From Antedon mediterranea (taxonomy: Eukaryota; Animalia; Echinodermata), in contig NC_092670.1 of the NCBI RefSeq assembly GCF_964355755.1, positions 10,898,795-10,962,794 on the forward strand: DNA of 64,000 bases, in the 5' to 3' direction. Under the pieces are notes generated by a model that had not been told where the DNA came from, ran no database searches, and saw only the letters and a list, made by a program, of their open reading frames with translations. Position 1 is the stretch's first letter, and every line of letters begins with the position of its first letter. The position numbers and the translations under genes are program-made. Below, in pieces: positions 53,913-64,000 of this stretch.

Positions 53913-53983
53913 GCTTGAAGCTGTTCATTGTGGGTGTCTTCCTTTGTGTCCTAACCAGCTGGTTTATCCTGAAATATTTCCTA
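53913..53983 (+). CDS. GTDC1: GTDC1 coding exon 6 (not in ORF track)
   Basis: TTTAG|[25 protein letters not shown]|GTAAGT; completes the GT-B motif [11 protein letters not shown] across an 18.8-kb intron. Confidence 0.93.
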
Positions 53984-54384
53984 GTAAGTTTAGAGTTCTC
54001 AACTTGCTTTAATTGATTTCAGTAGTTTGGATACAAAAATTCTGTAGTAATTACAAAATAGTTGTCATGTTTGTTTCAGAGCATGTACAGAATGATATTC
54101 AGAAAGACCATCACACTGTGATTGTGTTTTGACAAATTGTAATCAAGAAATAAAATGGAAATCCAGAACAAGGGCTTTTCGTGGATTGTGGGTCGATGAT
54201 TAGTCCATCATAATTTTGTGTTTTATTTTGGGTTTCTCATAATTTTAAGCCAAATCATAATTTTGCCTAGTATGTATTGCCATAGTATTTATCTCCATTT
54301 TCATACAAAAATTACATGGCAGCACTGAAATAAGTAATTAAATATTCCAATATTGAATTACCTTGACTCTTGGAATCTATTTTA

Positions 54385-55300
54385 TTTTATATAACACCTA
54401 AATAAATTCCTGTCATTTGATTGGACGATTGTGGGTCACATGGCGTGCAATAGTACGCACTATTAAACGATCGTTTAATAGTACTTTTTGAAACATTTTT
54501 GTGTACGAAAAAAAAAACGTCTCGCGGATGAAAAAAAATCTAGTACACAAATTATCCTATGATATGGCTCTGTACTGTGAAATACAACAGCGCCACCTGT
54601 CGTCTGGTCTCAGTTTCATTTGTAAACACCACCGCGAGATATGCAACAGCAGCAGATATTTGTGTACGATTTGGACATTATGTACTAATTTCATTCAAAA
54701 AGGCATTTAAATTAGCTTTAGATCGTTTTTAGGATTTTGATTAATTAATGGGGACATCCCTACAAGACGTGGAATTGTTGGAAAAACCATAATTAGCTTA
54801 GATAAGTTCCAATTGTCTGTCGAAGTTTTGCCTTTCAGCCAAGCTAGTACTACTAGGCTACTAGGGTAGCCTAGGCCATGCTAGTATTAGGCTAGGCCTA
54901 GCCTAGGCGTTTTAGCCTTGCTAGGCCTAGGATTGTTTGGTCGTTTGTTGACATAATTAACACAAAAGTAGGTGTGTTTACGAAATCCATATAAATATAA
55001 CATTTAATATAAAATTATTAAAAACCAAATGTTACTGTTTTTAATCAATGTGTGTGAATGAAATGTAGTAAGCTTTGGTTAGGGCTACCTTTTATTTGAT
55101 TCAAATAACTAGAATTTATTTAGATGTTATATAAAACAAATAATGAATGTTTTGTATTCGTGTAATGGTACAAATAATGGCACTTGGTGAATGATGAAAG
55201 GTTATATCAACTCGGCGTTGCCTCGTTGATATAACCTTTCATCATTCACCTCGTGCCATTATTTGTACCATTACACTCATAAACATTCATTATTTGTATA
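54385..55300. mobile_element. Element with a long terminal hairpin (Crypton- or Helentron-like, unclassified)
   Basis: Hairpin of about 75 bp at 55136-55297 with GC-rich apex; internal inverted TTATATAACA(C/T)CTA; no TSD seen; second copy at 19109-19425. Confidence 0.7.
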
Positions 55301-56128
55301 ATATTTTATGGTGATGCTATTATATGACATCAAATGTAAACATTAAAGTAGTATTGTTCTTTATCGAATTACCGCTTTCAATCTTTATTACATTATATAG
55401 TATTATATGGTGACGCTATTAAATAACATGAATTTAAACATATTGTAACGTTTTTCCTCCGCCTGTCTCTACTGTGTACTACGTACATTTCTCGGGTCCC
55501 TTTCTAGCCTGGTAGCAATCTCATTCGTTAGGCCTAGAGCCTGGCTAGCCTAGTTATTCATTATAGAATTAAAAGGTGATATACTCGGCTTATTGGAAGG
55601 AGTATGCTCTTTCTAATAAACGGACCACCGGAAGAGTCCCACACCCTAGTTTATTTTATGGACAGATAGGAAGTTTAATCTCGCTTGGCTAGCCTATCAG
55701 GTTCCCAGGTTCTCTCATTCCGTCTAGGTCTAACACTCACTAAGTAATTATTGCTAGATAAATAAGGACTATGTGATTATGACAGGTAGCGTTAGGTTCG
55801 ACGACAGTGATATTCCGTCGGCTTCACATACAATGTAAATAGATAGATAAATGAGGAAAGTTAGTAGATTATATTCTCATGAGCCTTTATGACTCTTTTA
55901 TTTATAAACTTGCCAACTACAGTATTGATTAACAAAGATACAAGAACAACGGGATGGATGGTCTCGCTCACTCAAAATCAAAACGAAGAGTGGTAGAGGT
56001 TTCTGGCTTTATTTGGCTTGCTACATTATAACAATAGGTAGAAAATAAATGATTTGGGCTGTACCAATTTCCGTTACATTATAAAGGAGTATTGTCCTAT
56101 ACCGAATTACTCTTACAATCTCTTATAG

Positions 56129-56304
56129 AGGACTGTTTATACAATACAGAACAACAGTTATTTAAACATCTACGACGATTCTGCAGAACACCAAATATTG
56201 TACGTAACTATGACAGAAGTACACTGAATGAAATCACTACAAAATGTGGCTGGACATCTCTCAAGCAACAATATCTAACACTGCTTTCAAGTCAAGAATC
56301 ATAA
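56129..56304 (+). CDS. GTDC1: GTDC1 coding exon 7 (terminal)
   Basis: DCLYNTEQQLFKHLRRFCRTPNIVR...W..LK..Y..LL resembles the GTDC1 C-terminus; joined CDS 1227 nt = 408 aa plus stop. Confidence 0.88.
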
Positions 56305-59300
56305 TGGTGTATCACAATTTTCAAGATGCATAATTGCCGTGAATGGTAAATTATTAACTTATATACTACTTTTCAATTGGTATGCACTTTTATTATCCTA
56401 GCAATTATACCTGTCTCAGTACAATTCCAACTAATTTGATATGTCTCATAACCCGGAGGCCAGTATCTCCCTGTATTCACCAACCTCCAACCCTCTTCAA
56501 TCACATCCCTCACTTAGGGTTAAACAAAATAATAAATCCTTCCCAGTACAATTTTTAATTTGGGAAAAAAACAACTTAAGCTTCATAATGAGAGGCCAAG
56601 AGGATGATGCACAACTATGATAGGCCTATGGTTTAGATACTTTGCAAACTGTGTAAATGAATAGGTGTCGTATTGGCTAATGATTAAAATATCAATACAG
56701 CTACATATGATACGGCTGAAATACCTCTGCCCAAGGCTTCTTTCTCCTCTCCCTATCCCAGCCACAATCAACAAACCCTAACTCCTAGAACAGTTCAATC
56801 CCAATCATGTTGTGCTTCATTAGCCCCAAAACGCCAGTATCTCCGCCCCACTAGGTTTGAGACGTTTCTAGTATAAATTATATTGAGCCATACAGTATAT
56901 CACTCCCAACCCATAACCCCTCAGTGGCAGTTTTTTAAAAATATAGTTTAAAACATTTCCAGTAGAGTTTCAGCCATGTTGATAGGCCTACGACCCACCC
57001 CAAACTCCCAACTTCTTTCCAGAAATACTTAAAATTCAATTCAAATTGATAGCCTACTACCCTTAGCCCAAGCAAAAATCCCCACCATTCCTTTTACCGC
57101 AACTCCCCCCTCCCCCTTCTGACTTTGGGAATTTTTTAAATGTAGTTTAAAACCTTCACAGTATAATTGCAGTCATTTTGATACCCATATGTATGGTTAC
57201 GTGCAGAAACAGAAATTTGTATAACGAACACACTCAATTCACCAGGGACAAAAAGTAGTGAGCCCTCTATCGGCAGCGAATCGTTTTTGCACACGAGACA
57301 GCGTTGACAATTACCCGGAAGCAACTTTGTTTTGAAAAGTAAATCTTAGGTTTTTGCAAACTGGCCAATTGGAACTTTTGGTTTTATTTACTAATGAATA
57401 ATTCATGAAAACCTTTGACGAGGCATCTACGAACCACGTGATATTGTTTTTTAATCGACGAACCCATTATATTTGTGTGAAACAAGGGTGAATTACACCG
57501 ATGTTTTTTAAACAATTTTAGGCTATTCGAATGTTAAAATTTTGTCTAATTTGTTGAGGCTGTAATAAAACAACGCAATTTTTTGAGAAGGTGGGTTTTA
57601 TAGTTTCTGAATATTTGATTTTTCAATAGTAGTTAATAAAAAAATCTCGTTGGGGTTATTTTTTATTTTTTTTTAATGGCTGCTTAAACATGTGCCTTCT
57701 TGGGTATTTCACTATTGAAAATGGAACACATGGTTGTAGCTAAAATCATTTTTTACGCCATAAGATAAAAAATGTGGTTTTGTAAATTAATAAGGGCAAC
57801 ATATAATATATAGGAAAGCTGTTTTAAATCATAAAACTCTACAAAGCCTCTTTGTTTTATTTATAAATCAATATAGTCTAGGCCTAGTAATACAGTAGAA
57901 GAGCCAGGCTTTAGCCTATAATAGTGGGGTAGTGCGTGCATTATTGGCGCGTGTTCATTGTCAGGCGCGCGTTGTTTATAGGCCTAAGAAAATAAGAATA
58001 AATATACTCATATAATTAAATAATGATTATTATTAATTGAATGTTTTGTTTTTTTTACAGACCCCAGAGGATTGTTCTACATACTTCAATACAAATAGCA
58101 TTAAAGCAACAACAATTTCTTATGAGTCATATTAATTTACCTCTGGCATATAATGTCAAAAAGCACTATTAATACTGTAATTATTGATATTTATAGATGT
58201 ATTGCCAAAGAGACATTTATTTTTTAAAAACTTTAACTTATCCTAATTTACTTATTTAAAGGTTCAAGTGGCGGTTGGTTGTTGTGCAGTAGTTTAATAA
58301 AGTTTAAATGTACATTTCAAATCGGCAAATAAATAATGGTAATAGGCCTACTACAGTAATAGTAAATCTTTTGAAGATTAGGCTTAGTACAAAAAATGTT
58401 AGCTAAGTTCATGTAGAAAACTTGTTGTCTGATTTTTAAGGTGCAATTTGTGATAATATTAAAAGTTAAAATGTTAATTGGTGTGTATTTGTATTTCATT
58501 TATTGCTCCATTATTATAATAAAAAGCAGGGAACCGTGAAATTTCATTTTAGCTCCGATAAAAAGTAAACATTTTCAGCATATACTTAAATCAATCATAT
58601 GTTAGTGAAAGGTGACATTAACTGATTTATTATGAGATTACTAGTAAGCCTACTAGTAGGTTTAGCTCTATTCATAAAAATATGACATTATATACTGTGT
58701 ACATTAATTAATTAGCCTAGGCCTAACTAATTGACTGATTTTTCAGTATTTTACCAAGTCAGCCGTTCAGGCATGCAAACAGTCCCCACTTCACACTAAT
58801 CTTCATAATTATAAGAAAAATGAAAGTTGAGCACTTTATTTTAAAATTTATATGCCCATATTATAAGATTCTGCATCATCCACTTAACAAGAACTAAAAT
58901 TGAGAGCACAGTGATGGAGCGCATTTTCCGTCGTTCTCGTCGCCTAAGGAAACGAGTATTCCAGCCTTGCCGCGTATTCCTAGGCCTACGCGCACCGCAC
59001 TTTCGCTCAAAATACACTATCTTCAACTCCTTATAGAATTTGTTTGAAAAATAACCCCAAGCTTATATTTGGAAATCTTTGAAAATGCATATAAGACTAT
59101 ATTATAGCGTTTTCAGAATTTCATTTAAAAATTGCAAATTAATGTTAGCTATTTTAACAAATTAGTTAGTTTTCACTTTTTTGTTTTCGCCGTATGACTC
59201 GCTTTGTTTACGTTTACACTTGGCTTAGACGTTTATCTTAGAATTCAAATAAATTAATCCATAATCAACTAAAATTGCTATTGTTGTGGTTTTTGTTTAA

Positions 59301-60439
59301 TATAAATGTTCTTTATTAACAGAAATAAATCAAACAACAATATAATTTAATATAAACCCGTTAAAAAGGAAATTTAGACAGCCTATAAAACACGGACGTC
59401 AGAACTCGCGTCGCTCGAAATGCTCGTTAACTTTCTATTTATAGCCAATCGAAAAAGGCTCCGGCTAACTTAAACAATGAAAACGGCTCTCGGAACACTT
59501 AATGTCCCATTTTCGCTGTTTGACGTGGATGTGCGAACAGAAAAACACAATAGTGGAAAAAAGGTTGGGAATTTTGACCCATAACTTGTATTCAAGATGG
59601 CGGATGATGTTCAAATATAGTTTAGAACCTTTCCTGTACCATTATGGTCATTTTGATACCCCATATGTGTACAGTAACAAAACAAAGTACAAGCAGATTC
59701 ATAAGTTAAATTCATACAAAAAGAATTGATCAAAGTTTTGTTTTTTTGCTGAAAGTGATTTTTTGACGTTAATAAATTCAAAGTTGAATTTTGTAGTAGT
59801 TTATTTGCTTTTTAATGTTTAATACTTTCACTTTACCTTGGAAAATACATTAGCATTCATCTTGTGTTTCTTTATGTCACTAATTTCCTTGATCATAACC
59901 AATATAATAAGATATATAATATACATTCATTGTAAGTTTTTATTTAATTTTTAATCATTTCAAAATAAGATTCAATTTAAAAACTTCAGCAAATATCCAT
60001 TGAAAATACTCCTAAAATTAGATTAAAAATTACTAATTATTATTAATTAAAATATAGGAAATACTGATTTATGATTAGATATCAATTTGATTTTATTAAT
60101 TAAAAACAATAATAATAATGTTACTATTGTATTAGCATAGTTTTAAATAATACAATTAATATTGTTTTTACAGAATGACTTATTATGATTATTTGGTATA
60201 ATATTTAAAAATGATTAATAATAAAACATTAATTGTTACTATTATATAATTTAAAATACAAAATGAAAAATTCCATTTAATAAATTTTAAACAAATCACA
60301 GTTGATATGCCAATTTGATTAATATGTTATAACATTTGGATTATTATAATAAAATAATTATTCAATGATAAAGCAAAATGATAATTTAAAAGAAACAAAG
60401 AAGAATCTAAATTATTAAATAATTACAGATTCTGATTTC

Positions 60440-60685
60440 AACCATCATCACTGTTGTCTTAAAAGATCAAAATAGTGATCTCAGTTGATGCCATTGTAAT
60501 GAGCTGTACCTGGTGTCAGACAAGCCCATTCAGGTATGAATCATGAACATTCTCTTATGGGGCTCTTTTAACCATCATCACTGTTGTCTTAAAAGATCAA
60601 AATAGCGATCCCAGTTGATGCCATTGTAATCAGCTGTACCTGGTGTAAGACAAAGCCCATTCAGGTCTGAATCATGAACATTCTC
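60440..60685 (-). pseudogene. Two tandem 130-bp degenerate copies of a FReD terminal-exon segment
   Basis: ACCATCATCACTGT recurs at 60441, 60571 and 60702; the minus strand reads frameshifted LNGL / PGTADYNGINW / VMMVK. Confidence 0.85.
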
Positions 60686-60951
60686 TTATGGGGCTCTTTT
60701 AACCATCATCACTGTCTTCTTGAGACTGTGGTACCTTCTATGGAAATTCCACCAGCTGGTGCCTGTCAAACCCTCTGTACCTGGTGTAAGGTAAAGCCCA
60801 TTCAGGTTTGAATGATGACAGTTATTGTACCACCAAGCACCTTTGTTATACTCAGCACAGTTAGTACCGATCCCGCTACCGCTTCTCTTATCATTGTCTC
60901 TATCATACGTTGAAAATTGTTGACCATTGTGGCGTGATGTCAAAGAATCAC
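60686..60951 (-). CDS. Second FReD paralog, terminal exon (upstream exons beyond the window)
   Basis: TGTTTGTTTAG acceptor identical to that of the nested copy; GDSLTSRHNGQQFSTYDRDND..NCAEYNKGAWWYNNCHHSNLNG..SLKKTVMMVKRAP*. Confidence 0.92.
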
Positions 60952-61205
60952 CTAAACAAACAAAATTTTAAATTAATTTTTAAATATTTGTTTTTCTTTC
61001 TGTTACAAATAAAATAAAAGATATTTGATATAAAAGGGAAAATAAAACACAAATTTATAAATAGTTTTAATTTGTTTTTAATTTTTTGTTATTAACTATT
61101 CTTATATATCATATATTCTTTATTTTATTTTTGTTTTGTCAGAGTTATTATACTTCAAAAGCAATGCATTTTAATAATGAAGAAAGCCAAAGTTATATGA
61201 TAAGT

Positions 61206-61935
61206 AACAAGGCCAACAGCCATTAAGTCGCGTGCTACAATGCATAGTGATACCGGACAGACAGACCGACAGACAGACCGACAGACAGACAGACCGACCG
61301 ACCGACATAGTGAACTATACTGACCGAAATTACTGAACAACATTAAAAATGTTGAAATGTTTAAAAACATTTATATTTTTTTAATTTACACGTGCGTAGC
61401 CTGTCACTTTCGACGTGCTCGTATAACGTAATTTCGAGTTGAAAAGTAAGTCAAGAAAACAGAAATCGGGCAAAAAGAATGCGCAAAAACATTTAACGCG
61501 CAGTGCGCGCGCAAAAATATGCGCACTCATGGCAATTTTGTAAACGCTTAAAATTGCCTGAAATGTACTCTTATTTCATCGAAAATAAATTTTGAAAATT
61601 TTAAGCGCGCGTACGCATGCGTTACATGCGCTACGCACGTAATTGTATTGCCATATGATGATTTATGCCCTGAAATTTATGAGTACCAAATTTTATTTAA
61701 TTGTGATTCATGGTTGTTAAGATATGATTACAAACGTGATTTCGTTAAATCGTGCGTAGATCGCGTAATTTTTATTGCGCACCGTGAAAACATAACCACA
61801 TCGATTCCTGGCCATAAGGAATATTCTGTGAAAAATTGACTTAGCTAGATTAAACTGATATCAAGATAAGGTCAGAAAGCGATAAAACGCATAGTGATAC
61901 CGGACCGACAGACAGACCAACCGACCGACATAGCC
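61206..61935. mobile_element. Helentron-associated (HINE-like) element with CAGA/CCGA microsatellite
   Basis: AACAAGGCC..AGTCGCGTGC start; GCATAGTGATACCGGAC(AGAC)nCGACATAG block present at about 61242 and 61889. Confidence 0.6.
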
Positions 61936-62239
61936 CATAACGAAATAACTAAGTAGATTTAGATAGTCTTTAATAGAAATAGCTCTATCCTTAGTAGGCT
62001 TAATAGGCCGTTAGTAGTTTTTTTCTCTTGGCTACTAAGGATTTTATCATGATTTCTTCGACTACTTTCTGACTACATAAAATAGATAGGTGACATAATA
62101 GGTACTACCTATTAAAAGTACACAGTAAGTAGTTGTATCATAGTTGATGTAGCACTATTTAAAGTAGGCCTTTAAGCTACACCATTGTTAGTAGTTTTTA
62201 ATAGATATTTTTCACCTTAAGAGTTTTTATGTAGACAGG

Positions 62240-64000
62240 GAGTAGTCTCCATCTATCTATATATAATAGATATTTAGTAGGTATGAAAAAAAAGTTAAAT
62301 GTATTTTGTTAATAGGTTATAGATAGCTGTTGTCTATCTATTATAAGTAGACAGTTGATAGATAATACAAAACTGTATTACTCATAGATTTATAATAGAC
62401 TTATAGTAGTCTCCATCTATCTATATATAATAGATATTTAGTAGGTATGGAATATAAGTTAACGGTAGTTTGTTAATAGGTTATAGATAGCTGTTGTCTA
62501 TCTATTATAAGTAGACAGTTGATAGATAATACAAAACTGTATTACTCATAGATTTATAATAGACTTGTAGTAGTCTCCATCTATCTATATATAATAGATA
62601 TTTAGTAGGTATGGAATATAAGTTAAATGTAGTTTGTTAATAGGTTATAGATAGCTGTTGTCTATCTATTATAAGTAGACAGTTGATAGATAATACAAAA
62701 CTGTGTTACTCATAGATTTCTAATAGACTTACAGTAGCCTCCATCTATCTATATATAATAGATATTTAGTAGGTATGGAATACAAGTTAAACGTAGTTTG
62801 TTAATAGGTTATAGATATCTGTTGTCTATCTATTATAAGTAGACAGTTGATAGATAATACAAAACTGTGTTACTCATAGATTTCTAATAGACTTACAGTA
62901 GCCTCCATCTATCTATATATAATAGATATTTAGTAGGTATGGAATACAAGTTAAACGTAGTTTGTTAATAGGTTATAGATAGCTGTTGTCTATCTATTAT
63001 AAGTAGACAGTTGATAGATAATACAAAACTGTGTTACTCATAGATTTATAATAGACTTATAGTAGTCTCCATCTATCTATATATAATAGATATTTAGTAG
63101 GTATGGAATATAAGTTAAATGTAGTTTGTTAATAGGTTATAGATAGCTGTTGTCTATCTATTATAAATAGACAGTTGATAGATAATACAAAACTGTGTTA
63201 CTCATAGATTTATAATAGACTTATAGTAGTCTCCATCTATCTATATATAATAGATATTTAGTAGGTATGGAATATAAGTTAAATGTAGTTTGTTAATAGG
63301 TTATAGATATCTGTTGTCTATCTATTATAAATAGACAGTTGATAGATAATACAAAACTGTGTTACTCATAGATTTCTAATAGACTTGTAGTAGTCTCCAT
63401 CTATCTATATATAATAGATATTTAGTAGGTATGGAATATAAGTTAAATGTAGTTTGTTAATAGGTTATAGATATCTGTTGTCTATCTATTATAAGTAGAC
63501 AGTTGATAGATAATACAAAACTGTGTTACTCATAGATTTCTAATAGACTTGTAGTAGTCTCCATCTATCTATATATAATAGATATTTAGTAGGTATGGAA
63601 TATAAGTTAAATGTAGTTTGTTAATAGGTTATAGATATCTGTTGTCTATCTATTATAAGTAGACAGTTGATAGATAATACAAAACTGTGTTACTCATAGA
63701 TTTCTAATAGACTTGTAGTAGTCTCCATCTATCTATATATAATAGATATTTAGTAGGTATGGAATATAAGTTAAATGTAGTTTGTTAATAGGTTATAGAT
63801 ATCTGTTGTCTATCTATTATAAATAGACAGTTGATAGATAATACAAAACTGTGTTACTCATAGATTTCTAATAGACTTGTAGTAGTCTCCATTTATCTAT
63901 ATATAATAGATATTTAGTAGGTATGGAATATATGTTAAATGTAGTTTGTTAATAGGTTATAGATAGCTGTTGTCTATCTATTATAAATAGACAGTTGATA
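62240..64000. repeat. 164-bp satellite array, at least 10 units, running off the window end
   Basis: CTCCATCTATCTATATATAATAG recurs at 62247, 62411, 62575 and onward; presumably inside the last intron of the second FReD gene. Confidence 0.97.

Noticed and set aside
55444-55828. Solo LTR (TG...CA with internal AATAAA)
   Set aside because: TSD imperfect (CATAT/CATAC) and no second copy or internal domain to support it.
56450-59680. Diverged direct repeats (TAGTTTAAAAC..CATTTTGATACCC) at about 56940, 57140 and 59615
   Set aside because: Too degenerate to define ends or class by eye.

Overview
AT-rich, intron- and repeat-rich eukaryotic DNA. Gene content and abundant TAGGCCTA motifs suggest an invertebrate deuterostome, possibly an echinoderm (inference). 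Spliced genes reconstructed by hand: (1) a 3-coding-exon kisspeptin-receptor-like GPCR (+, 12752-17421, about 351 aa); (2) GTDC1/QTMAN (+, 7 coding exons, 21664-56304, about 408 aa); (3) a secreted PAN/Apple-like plus fibrinogen C-terminal (FReD) gene nested antisense in the 18.8-kb intron of GTDC1 (-, 52108-44562); (4) the last exon of a paralogous FReD gene beyond GTDC1 (-, 60951-60686). The rest is mostly non-autonomous transposons with readable ends and target-site duplications (PIF/Harbinger, Kolobok-like, EnSpm-like, Academ-like foldback, hAT-like with 5/6/8-bp TSDs, Helitron, Helentron-like, LINE/SINE fragments) plus 157-bp and 164-bp satellites. Most notable: an inverted intronic copy able to pair over the weak first coding donor of GTDC1, the nested FReD paralog with an unresolved micro-exon, and multi-level transposon nesting. 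All calls come from manual reading; no database searches were run.
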